Positions 1 to 7,260 of a DNA stretch of 31,799 bases are shown here, in pieces. The DNA is from Thermoproteaceae archaeon. Its GTDB lineage: Archaea > Thermoproteota > Thermoprotei > Thermoproteales > Thermoproteaceae. Under the pieces are notes generated by a model that made no database searches, was not told the origin of the DNA, and saw nothing but the letters and a program-made list of their open reading frames with translations. The position numbers were made by a program, and so were the translations under genes. Each line of letters starts with the position of its first letter. Within the stretch, counting starts at the first letter, position 1. Location: positions 1-31,799 of the forward strand of contig JAJHRB010000009.1 of assembly GCA_020833025.1 (NCBI GenBank), read 5' to 3'.

Positions 1-2
1 AA

Positions 3-47
3 AACCGGGCGGTTTTGGCGCGGGAGCTGAAAGAGCGCGCCGCCTAG
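3..47 (+). CDS. 3' end of an upstream gene (partial, unidentified)
   Basis: Open frame NRAVLARELKERAA* ending TAG at 45-47, meeting the convergent ORF stop with a 4-nt overlap. Confidence 0.35.
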   Translation, partial: NRAVLARELKERAA

Positions 48-391
48 ATTGGCACGAGAAGATGGGCTACGTGCCTCACGGACGGGCTCTTCCTCACGAC
101 GCCGTCTCCTGGCCTGGGCGCCGTCGCGGGCGCCTTTGCAAGCAGAGATTCGGGCCAGTTCCTGGCTAGGTAAGTCCATGCCTCCAGGGAGTGCTGCCGC
201 GCCGCCTCCGCGGAGAACGCTCCTGAAACTTCAATGCGAATCTCATCCGGCTTCAGGGCATTCGTGCTCTTGTCTGTCGCGCTCAACCTGTACTGCACAA
301 TATCAGAGGCAAACGAGATGCGCGCGCATAAGAGCTCGAGCAGCTCCAGCTCCTGCTCTCTGCTCTTCATCTTGAGCCGCACGGCGCGCAC
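44..391 (-). CDS. hypothetical protein (~115 aa)
   Basis: ORF 44..406. TTTTTA box at 416-411 lies 20 nt before GTG 391, consistent with a leaderless start. Protein-like composition; no family recognised. Confidence 0.5.
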   Translation of the reverse strand: MRAVRLKMKSREQELELLELLCARISFASDIVQYRLSATDKSTNALKPDEIRIEVSGAFSAEAARQHSLEAWTYLARNWPESLLAKAPATAPRPGDGVVRKSPSVRHVAHLLVPI

Positions 392-588
392 AGGTATTCC
401 TCGCAAGGACTAAAAAGCCGTGCGAGCCCCGGCCGCCGCGACGCCCTCTCGAGTCCGCACTCGGCGCCGCGCGCTTGCGGTAATTGCGCGTCTCACGCGT
501 CTCCTGCGCTGCGCGCGAGGGCCAGCACCCCGGGGAGCTGAGAGCCGCGGCTGCAGCCTTTTTATTAAACTGCGCGCACTTGCGCGGC

Positions 589-638
589 GTGATGAGTTCG
601 GAGACGGGGCACGCGGTGACCGGGATTAGAAACACTAA
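589..638 (+). ncRNA. degenerate box C/D sRNA candidate
   Basis: C GTGATGA 589-595, 12-nt guide, D'-position GGCA, C'-like GTGACCG 616-622, 12-nt guide, D-like CTAA 635-638. TTTTTATTAAA at 559-569 upstream. Spacing is canonical but D'/D are non-consensus. Confidence 0.4.
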
Positions 639-698
639 CTGCTCGGGGGCGCGTGATATTTTCGCTGTGCGAGTTTAAAAGGGAGTTGCCGTAACGTC

Positions 699-733
699 GA
701 TATAACATGCATGTAATATCTGTATGCTACAGA
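699..733. promoter_or_regulatory. tandem palindromes (putative operator) downstream of a TATA box
   Basis: GATATAACATGCATGTAATATC (699-720, 22 bp, one mismatched pair) overlapping TCTGTA-TGC-TACAGA (719-733); TTTAAAA at 674-680. Confidence 0.5.
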
Positions 734-924
734 CAGCCGGCGCCAGCCCGCCGGGCGGTCTCGGCGCTTTGCGCTTTGTTAGTTTTCTGCTGCCGCTCTC
801 GGCGGCGCGGCCCGCGCGCCCGCTTAGCTCATGGCCCCCGCTCCTGACACCTCTCGAGACTCTGCCTCGCCACTTTCAATCCTCTCGCCCCGTTCCGGCC
901 CCGCGGCGCTTAAACGGGGGCGGC

Positions 925-1239
925 GTGGCGCGCCTCGCCTCAATCGACGACCTCGAGCGCCTGCTGCCAGAGGGCGCCGCCGCGAGGCTCTACAATGCAA
1001 ACGGGAGGCCCATGCCAATTCTCGTCAGGCGCGCGCAGGGCGCGTGGCTGGCGGAGGCGCCGATGGGGGAGCTGCGCGAGTGGTGCCGCGAGGGCGGGTG
1101 CCCGGAGCGGCTCACGGCGCTGAGGTGCGAGGCCATCATCGTCGCGGCCAAGAGCCCGCGCGACGCCACCGAGTCTCTCTGGCGGGTCCTCGGAATGCTA
1201 GGGGCCGTGATGTTACGGCCAGTTGCGGCCCGCCCCTAG
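925..1239 (+). CDS. hypothetical protein (104 aa)
   Basis: 3' part of ORF 724..1239. GTG 925 follows CTTAAA at 909-914. Globular-looking sequence (ARLASIDDLERLLPEG...); no family recognised. Confidence 0.55.
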   Translation: MARLASIDDLERLLPEGAAARLYNANGRPMPILVRRAQGAWLAEAPMGELREWCREGGCPERLTALRCEAIIVAAKSPRDATESLWRVLGMLGAVMLRPVAARP

Positions 1240-1437
1240 CTGCGTGCCGGCGGGGCACCACGCGACCAGCCTGTACCCGAGCTCGTGGCGCCACACGGCG
1301 CCGCGGCGCGCCAGGCGAGAGAGCGCGACATACGCGTGCGCGTGCGACGCCCCCGCGAGGCGCGCCAGGGCGCCGGCCGTGGCGCAGCACTCGTGGCGCC
1401 GCAGCATTTCGAGCAGCTCCAGCGCGAGACCGCCCAT
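1213..1437 (-). CDS. small winged-helix DNA-binding protein (74 aa)
   Basis: LELLEMLRRHECCATAGALARLAGASHAHAYVALSRLARRGAVWRHELGYRLVAWC has the helix-turn-helix plus beta-wing pattern; ATG at 1437. Confidence 0.6.
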   Translation of the reverse strand: MGGLALELLEMLRRHECCATAGALARLAGASHAHAYVALSRLARRGAVWRHELGYRLVAWCPAGTQLGAGRNWP

Positions 1438-1542
1438 GGCGGGGAGGGGGGACGGGAGAGAGGGGAACCGGAGATGCAAGGCGGCGCCCGCGGGCGGGGC
1501 CCGGCCAGGAGGGAGACCAAGCGCCTTTTCAGGCTCCCGCCG

Positions 1543-1617
1543 CAGGGGCCTGGGGCAGGGGATTTTCAGCGCAGGGGTAAGTACCCCTAGGACGAAAACC
1601 CCTGCTTCAGACCCCTG
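1543..1617. repeat. 75-nt nested inverted repeat / long hairpin with four GGGG tracts
   Basis: CAGGGGCCTG/CAGACCCCTG, GG/TT, GCAGGGG/CCCCTGC, TTTTC/GAAAA and AGGGGT/ACCCCT arms close a 4-nt loop. G4 tracts at 1545, 1552, 1558 and 1574. Confidence 0.85.
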
Positions 1618-2185
1618 TTGCAAGGCACTGATAAGGGGGCCGGGCCTCACGGGCGCGCCCGGCGCCAGCCCGAGGGGGGAGCGCGCACGTAGACACAGCG
1701 CGACATGAGTCTCGCGGTCTCGACCACTTGCCCGACGCGGACACGAAGAACGCGTGGTGGTATATGTCGTAGCCGTCCTGAACGAGAGCGCTGTCGACCT
1801 TTGCCGTCAGTCTCGACGCCGTGATCAGGCGCTCCGCGTCCAGCCCGAACTCCCTCGCTATCTCAAGGAGCTCTCTGGGGGCGTTGAGAGCCTGACGCCC
1901 CTTCCCCCCGGCGACTCTGACCGGCACGCCAGAGCCCCTGAGCGCTTCCTTTATCACGGCCGTGGTCACCGTCGTGCTGCCCGAGCTGTCCCAGTCCATT
2001 CCAAGCACGTTGTTGAATGCCTGGAAGAATGCCGGGCTCGCAAGCCTTTCAATTATGCCGTCGGGCCCGTACATGTCGTGCATCACGCGCAGCACAAGCG
2101 ACGCCAGCCTCTTCATGCGCGACGCGAGCCACTGGGGCACGTGACCGTCATGAAGGGGCAGGTCGGCAATGCCGGAGAGCCTCAC
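1607..2185 (-). pseudogene. DUF763-family protein, 3'-truncated
   Basis: MRLSGIADLPLHDGHVPQWL...GMDWDSSGSTTVTT...GGKG...QDGYDIYHHAFFVSASGKW is the DUF763 N-terminal half. Similarity stops at about 1725, where the family normally continues AVVQQGM to ~370 aa; a short unrelated tail follows. Confidence 0.75.
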
Positions 2186-2197
2186 TGTGAGTCTGAG

Positions 2198-2225
2198 CGC
2201 GCGAAAGATATAACCTATTCGCGCG
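2198..2225. promoter_or_regulatory. divergent promoter (DUF763 / PMM): BRE-TATA enclosed by an inverted repeat
   Basis: CGCGCGAA-AGATATAACCTA-TTCGCGCG, with the TATA-like core about 25 nt before PMM GTG 2235. Confidence 0.55.
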
Positions 2226-2234
2226 AGTTGAACC

Positions 2235-3548
2235 GTGAGCGCGAGGAGCGTGTTCAGGGCATACGACATACGCGGAGTCGTTGACAAGGAGCTGACGATG
2301 GATCTGGTTGAGAAAATCGGATACGCGCTGGCGAGACTCTTCGGGGGCGACGACGTTATCGTCGGCATGGACGTGAGGCTCCACTCGTTCAGAATAGCCG
2401 AGGCCCTGTCCCGCGGGCTCCTGGCCGGCAGCAATATGGTCTTCGTCGGGACCGTCACGACGCCCGCAGTCCACTACGCCTCCCGCGCGCTCGACAGGCC
2501 CGCCGTGATGATAACCGCGTCGCACAACCCGCCGGAGTACAATGGCATGAAGATAATGAGGCGCGGCGGCGTCGACTTAGAGAGTCACGAGATTCAGCAG
2601 CTGGCGCTGATGCTGGAGGCGCCGCCGGCAGAGAGGCGCGGGATTATTTACGCGCGCGACGTGCTCTCGCAGTACACAGATTACATTGCGGGCAAGTTCG
2701 GCGGGCTCGGCCTCTCCGTTGGCTTCGATCCCGCCAACGCGTCGGGAGTTGTGCTGAAGCCGCTGCTCTCCCGGACCTTCAAGAAAGTCGTTGCGATAAA
2801 CGACGTGCCTGACGGCCGCTTCCCGGCGCACTTGCCAGATCCTGAAAAGCCCGAAAATCTGCAGCAGCTGAGGCGGCTGGTCGTGGAGAACAAGCTCGAC
2901 GCCGGCATCGCTCTCGACGGCGATTGCGACAGACTCGGCCTCGTCACGGCCAGCGGCGAGATCTTCAGGCCAGACAAGGCCGTCTACACGCTGCTGAACT
3001 ACTACGCAAAGCCCGGCGCCGTCATTGTGCTAGACATCATGATGCCACTCTACCTGGAGAAAGTGGCAGAGGAGCGCGGGGTCAAGGTCGTTAGGCAGAG
3101 GGTCGGGCACACGTTCCAGAAGTCCGCGGCAATACGGCACGGCGCCGCGTTCTGGGCCGAGTACAGCGGCCACGTGGGGTTCAGGGAGCACAGTTACTTT
3201 GACGACGGTATATACGCCGCGCTGGTGCTGCTGAGCGTGCTGTCATCAGCGGGGCGCACTCTCGACGATATACTGAGGGAGTCGCCTAGAGTCTACGAGG
3301 TGCGCATCGACATGAGGGCTGAGGACCCGAGAGGCGCCGTCGAGCGCGCGAAAGAGAGGGCGAGAGACCTCGGCCTCGAGTTCTATGAGATAGACGGAAT
3401 GGACGTTAGAGCGGGAGGCGGCAGGCTGCTGATCCGCCCGAGCAATACAGAGCCGCTCGTCAGAGTGAAGCTGGAGTCTGAGACTAAAGACGGGCTGGAG
3501 CGTCTAAAGCAATTGCTAGCGAGATTGCTCCCTCCCGCGCCCTCTTAG
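2235..3548 (+). CDS. phosphomannomutase/phosphoglucomutase
   Basis: FRAYDIRG N-terminus, TASHNP phospho-Ser motif, DGDCDR metal loop, AEYSGH, RPSNTEP. Confidence 0.95.
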   Translation: MSARSVFRAYDIRGVVDKELTMDLVEKIGYALARLFGGDDVIVGMDVRLHSFRIAEALSRGLLAGSNMVFVGTVTTPAVHYASRALDRPAVMITASHNPPEYNGMKIMRRGGVDLESHEIQQLALMLEAPPAERRGIIYARDVLSQYTDYIAGKFGGLGLSVGFDPANASGVVLKPLLSRTFKKVVAINDVPDGRFPAHLPDPEKPENLQQLRRLVVENKLDAGIALDGDCDRLGLVTASGEIFRPDKAVYTLLNYYAKPGAVIVLDIMMPLYLEKVAEERGVKVVRQRVGHTFQKSAAIRHGAAFWAEYSGHVGFREHSYFDDGIYAALVLLSVLSSAGRTLDDILRESPRVYEVRIDMRAEDPRGAVERAKERARDLGLEFYEIDGMDVRAGGGRLLIRPSNTEPLVRVKLESETKDGLERLKQLLARLLPPAPS

Positions 3549-3562
3549 TGGCAGCTGCAATG

Positions 3563-3612
3563 TCAGCGCTATGGACCTCTTTCACCGCTCAAAATGTCTC
3601 GTCTCTCATCAC
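3563..3612 (-). ncRNA. box C/D sRNA
   Basis: Minus strand: GTGATGA-GAGACGAGACATT-TTGA-GCG-GTGAAAG-AGGTCCATAGCG-CTGA. TATAAC about 22 nt upstream; intergenic. Confidence 0.85.
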
Positions 3613-3662
3613 CGCGCCGGCTCGGGCGCGACAGTTATACCCGCGTGCCGCGTGTTAAAAGC

Positions 3663-4229
3663 ATGTCCTCGCGCGCGGCAGGCGTCAAGGCTGCCGTTGA
3701 GAGGTATGCGCGAGGCGACAAGTCGGCGCTGCAGGCACTAAAGGAGCTCGGACTCTTGAGCGACAGAGAGCCCCAGGGCAGGGGCTACGTGCTCTACAAG
3801 GCGCTGAAGCACGGGCTTGACGTCACCGCGCTCGTGAGGTACCTAGGCTGGGAGGAGTTCGAGGAGCTCATCAGGTACGTACTCGACGAGCTCGGCTTCA
3901 ATACTGCCTTTCACCTGCGACTTGACTGTAACGGCGGCGCCGAGTTTGACGTCGTGGCATGGAGTAAAAGGCTCGCACTCGTTGTGGAGGCAAAGCGGTG
4001 GAGAAGCGGCCGCGGAATGTGGGCCAGGATCGCGTGCGATCACCTTGAGAAGGTGAGAAAGTGCCTATCAAGGCTTATTGCCTTTGCTCCTGCCGTGGTG
4101 CCTATTGTAGTGTGCGCCACGGACGTGAGCTCTGCTCCTTGCGGCGTGCCTGTTGTTCCTGTATGGAAGATCGGGAGCCTTCTCTCCTCTTTTGACCACC
4201 TCAAGAATCATATCGTGGTGCTTGGCTAG
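3663..4229 (+). CDS. PD-(D/E)XK (Mrr/NERD-like) nuclease
   Basis: WEEFEELI...EFDVVAW...VVEAKRW catalytic pattern; ATG 3663 follows GTTAAAA. Confidence 0.75.
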   Translation: MSSRAAGVKAAVERYARGDKSALQALKELGLLSDREPQGRGYVLYKALKHGLDVTALVRYLGWEEFEELIRYVLDELGFNTAFHLRLDCNGGAEFDVVAWSKRLALVVEAKRWRSGRGMWARIACDHLEKVRKCLSRLIAFAPAVVPIVVCATDVSSAPCGVPVVPVWKIGSLLSSFDHLKNHIVVLG

Positions 4230-4340
4230 GCACTCCTCACACGCGTACGCGTATATACTGAGTGATAGCTCCACCCTTACCCTCACAATATTGTAGACCT
4301 CAAGCGGCTTCGTGCAGAAAAAGCAGTGGACCGAGTGCAC
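4068..4340 (-). CDS. small Zn-ribbon protein (CFFC...CEEC)
   Basis: Two CxxC pairs; TTTTAAT at 4367-4361 is 21 nt before GTG 4340. The 3' tail overlaps the nuclease gene antisense by 162 nt. Confidence 0.6.
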   Translation of the reverse strand: MHSVHCFFCTKPLEVYNIVRVRVELSLSIYAYACEECLAKHHDMILEVVKRGEKAPDLPYRNNRHAARSRAHVRGAHYNRHHGRSKGNKP

Positions 4341-4382
4341 GCGAGCCACGCGCTGCCGCCATTAAAAGCCAAGCGCGCCGGG

Positions 4383-5094
4383 TCAGCTCTCGTGGTGGGT
4401 CTTTTCCTCCGCGACTGACAAGTCTGCAATTACTCGCGCGCGGCGCCGCGGGGTGAGCACACTGTTTATAAGAGCCGTGAGCAGGGCGAGGCAGAAAAGC
4501 GTCAGCGACAAGTATCTCGTGTGGTTGCTCAGCACAACGGCGACGTCGCTGAGGCTGATTATGTAAACGTGAGGCAGCGGCACCGCGGGGAGAAATGCCA
4601 GGCAGAGAATTGTCGCGGAGAGCTTGTCCAGGCGCACTCTCATGAAGAACTCGACAAGCGCGCTTGCAGCGACCAGAGCGGCAGCGGCGAACAGCATAAT
4701 CGGCGGCGGCAGTGAGGGAGCCCTCTCGACGTAACTCCCGATGATGATTTCGGAGCCCCTCACGGTCACCTGTGCCGTCGAGTACAGCGGGCATACTAGC
4801 GTCCCCGCGGCCAGCACGAGCGACACAAGAACTAGCGATGCAAGAGTGAGCAGCACGTTGCGAGGCGGCGCCGGCCCTTCAGGATGCCAGCGGCGCCTCA
4901 CAGTGTGCAAGACCCTGACGTCGAGAGGCATTCTGATATCTATCTCCGCGGCTGGGAGTACCTCTACGGCGGCTTGGCCCTCCCAGAGAGGGCATTGCAA
5001 CTTGTATTACCCCTGCCTCTACAGAGCCATTGCCCGCCTCCGGGAGCGGCAGTCGCGCAAAGCCGCGCCAGCCGGCACCCTCTCGCGCGACCAT
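4383..5094 (-). pseudogene. membrane protein, apparently split by a single frameshift (ORFs 4879..5094 and 4383..5000)
   Basis: CATAAAAG box lies 25 nt before ATG 5094. Removing one G near 4978 joins GVIQVAMPSLGG to QAAVEVLPAAEIDIR. The distal part has about four hydrophobic segments. Confidence 0.45.
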
Positions 5095-5121
5095 GCGGCC
5101 TCTTTGGGAGTGCCAGAGCTT

Positions 5122-5973
5122 TTATGCGCTCCTGCCGGCAGACTCACTGCAACAGCCGGGAGAGTGGGGGTTTGGCGCCGCGACCTGGGGCGGGGGAAGG
5201 GCGTACTTGAGCTTGCCGGTTATCCAGTCCCTGATTATCATGCGCGCAGCCTCGCCAACATTGACCTTGCCGCCTTTCAGCAGCCTCCGTTTTACTCTGC
5301 CGACTTCCTCAATAACCCTCTCCAGATTGCACGCATCCGGCGACGTGCAGTCAATGCCGTACGCCTCCTTGAGGGCATAGGGATTGAATGAGAGAACGCG
5401 CCTAAGCAGGGCAATTGCGTGGGGGACCGCATCGTCGAGCACGCCGGGATCCACCAAGCCGCGAATCACGTCCAGCGCGAGATCCCCAGTTGAGGGCGCC
5501 CTGATGATGCCTGGCGTGTCGAGCACGTAAAGCCACGTCTTGGCTCTGACGAGCTGTTGCCCCCTGGTCCACCCCGGCTTCGGGCTCGTGGGAGCCACGT
5601 GACGCCCCCTGAGGTAGTTTATGATGGTGGACTTGCCAACATTGGGGTACCCCACCACGACGGCAGTAGCGGGTATCCTCGGCGCCGCGCGCTTAATTGC
5701 CAACATTAGCTTCCGCGTGCCCAGCCTGTACCTGGCGCTTACGTAAACGGCTCTCTTCCCCTGCCGTTCGAAATAGCCTCTCCACTGCTCCATTATCTCT
5801 CTGCTCACGAGATCCGCCTTGTTCATGACAACTACGATCCTCTTGCCCAGCCTCTCGGCAATTCTCTCGACCTCCTCGCTTCTCGTTGCCAGCGGGTCTC
5901 TCGCGTCGACTACCTCGAGCACAATGTCGCCATCCTCGATCACCCGCCTTACGAGAGCCCAGGTCTCTCTCAC
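5122..5973 (-). CDS. RbgA/YlqF-family circularly permuted GTPase
   Basis: VVDARDP, NKADL (G4) ahead of GYPNVGKS (G1) and DTPG (G3). Confidence 0.93.
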   Translation of the reverse strand: MRETWALVRRVIEDGDIVLEVVDARDPLATRSEEVERIAERLGKRIVVVMNKADLVSREIMEQWRGYFERQGKRAVYVSARYRLGTRKLMLAIKRAAPRIPATAVVVGYPNVGKSTIINYLRGRHVAPTSPKPGWTRGQQLVRAKTWLYVLDTPGIIRAPSTGDLALDVIRGLVDPGVLDDAVPHAIALLRRVLSFNPYALKEAYGIDCTSPDACNLERVIEEVGRVKRRLLKGGKVNVGEAARMIIRDWITGKLKYALPPPQVAAPNPHSPGCCSESAGRSA

Positions 5974-6022
5974 GCGAGACTAATGCCGCGGAACAGATAA
6001 ATAGTGCGCTGACGCGAATTTC

Positions 6023-6631
6023 ATGGCCACGAGACCGCCTCCCTCCAGGCTAACGCTCATCAGGCTCAGGAGGCAACTAGTGCTCTTCCAGAAAATAAGG
6101 AAGACGCTGGAGGACGCCAGGAACTCGACAATACAGAGAATCAGGGCTCTCATTGCAGACCTGACGAGACTCAGGCAGGAAATAGCAGACGCGTTCACCG
6201 ACGTGGCCGAGAACTTCAAGGTCGCCGTGGCGAAGTCCGGCATTGACAGAATAGAGAGCATAGCGGAGCTGACGCCCAAGACAGTAAAGGTGAGCACGGC
6301 GGGCCGGGGCACGCACATAGGGCTTGAAGTCAGCGGGTTTACCAGCTATCCGGTATACAGCGTGCTAACAGAGGCGGCTGAGCTTGACGTGGCGCTGGCA
6401 AAGCTGAGAGACCTAATGCCGAAGCTCATCGAATTCGCCGAGAAAGAGACGCTCTTCTTCCTGCTGCTTAACAGGGTGAGAGAGTTCCAGAGGATGATAA
6501 ACGCGATTGACTACGTGATAGTGCCCCGCATACTTGAGAGCGTGCAGTTCATAACTCTCGCGCTCGACGAGGGTGAGAGGGAAGACTTCGTGCGCAGGAA
6601 GATTATAACAGAAATTGTCGGCGCGCTCTAG
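6023..6631 (+). CDS. atpD: A/V-type ATP synthase subunit D
   Basis: PSRLTLIRLRRQL N-terminus; RMINAIDYVIVPRI...LDEGEREDFVRRK C-terminus. Confidence 0.9.
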   Translation: MATRPPPSRLTLIRLRRQLVLFQKIRKTLEDARNSTIQRIRALIADLTRLRQEIADAFTDVAENFKVAVAKSGIDRIESIAELTPKTVKVSTAGRGTHIGLEVSGFTSYPVYSVLTEAAELDVALAKLRDLMPKLIEFAEKETLFFLLLNRVREFQRMINAIDYVIVPRILESVQFITLALDEGEREDFVRRKIITEIVGAL

Positions 6632-6699
6632 CCGCGCCCGGGACCCTGGCATGGCCGCGCCGGGAAAAAGCGAGCCGCAACTGCAGCTCAAAACTTAAA

Positions 6700-6873
6700 A
6701 TGGCCGGGCCCACTTTGTCTGTGTCGTCGGTGAAAGACCTGAACGTAGCAGTGCGCGAGTTAATAGACAAGGAAGTTGAAAGCGTTATGAACAGCGTCAG
6801 AGAGGAGATCAAGGAGCTAATAGCTGCTATTGACAAGAAGATAGCAGAACTGAACCAATACTTAAAAGCCTAG
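6700..6873 (+). CDS. 57-aa coiled-coil protein, probable small A-ATPase subunit (epsilon/G-like)
   Basis: Hand-translated MAGPTLSVSSVKDLNVAVRELIDKEVESVMNSVREEIKELIAAIDKKIAELNQYLKA*; lies between atpD and atpK; below the ORF-track cutoff. Confidence 0.7.
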   Translation: MAGPTLSVSSVKDLNVAVRELIDKEVESVMNSVREEIKELIAAIDKKIAELNQYLKA

Positions 6874-6887
6874 GCTGGCATGAGACT

Positions 6888-7196
6888 ATGAGAATCGTCG
6901 GCATATTGGCAGCATTAGCGATACTCGCAGCATTCGTAATGGCGCAGCACGAAGCGGCGCAAGTGCCGGTGATCACCGGCGATGTGACAAAAGCCGGAAG
7001 GTACATAGGTGCAGGAATTGCTGTCGGCTGCGCAGCAGGAGGGGCAGGAGCCGGCGTCGGCATAGCGGGCGCCGCGGCGATTTCTGGAATGATAGAGAAG
7101 CCCGAGAGGCTGGTATGGTACTTGATATTCGTGGCGCTGGCCGAGGCCTGCGCGATTTACGGGCTGCTAGTAGGGCTGATGTTAACGGGCGGCTAG
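6888..7196 (+). CDS. atpK: A/V-type ATP synthase proteolipid subunit K (c), with signal-like N-terminus
   Basis: GAGIAVGCAAGGAGAGVG helix and ALAEACAIYGL carrying the essential Glu. Confidence 0.93.
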   Translation: MRIVGILAALAILAAFVMAQHEAAQVPVITGDVTKAGRYIGAGIAVGCAAGGAGAGVGIAGAAAISGMIEKPERLVWYLIFVALAEACAIYGLLVGLMLTGG

Positions 7197-7214
7197 CGCG
7201 CGGGGCCAAGCCAA

Positions 7215-7243
7215 ATGAGAAAAGCAGACGAAAATAGTTTTTT
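7215..7243. terminator. convergent T-rich terminator region (atpK / atpC)
   Basis: T6 at 7238-7243 on +; A-runs (T-runs on -) at 7220-7223 and 7231-7234 between convergent stops. Confidence 0.45.
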
Positions 7244-7260
7244 ACAGAGAGATTGGCGCC

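Noticed and set aside
1585-1640. Hammerhead-like words (GAAA, CTGATAA) near the hairpin
   Set aside because: Order and stems do not fit the CUGANGA...GAAA...UH core on either strand.
831-1708. Long plus-strand ORFs 831..1580, 1223..1708 and 1285..1590
   Set aside because: Arg/Ala/Gly/Pro-rich shadow frames of GC-rich DNA with no motifs; they conflict with better-supported genes.
3594-3662. N-terminal extension of the nuclease ORF
   Set aside because: It overlaps the minus-strand C/D sRNA and its promoter; TATA geometry favours ATG 3663.
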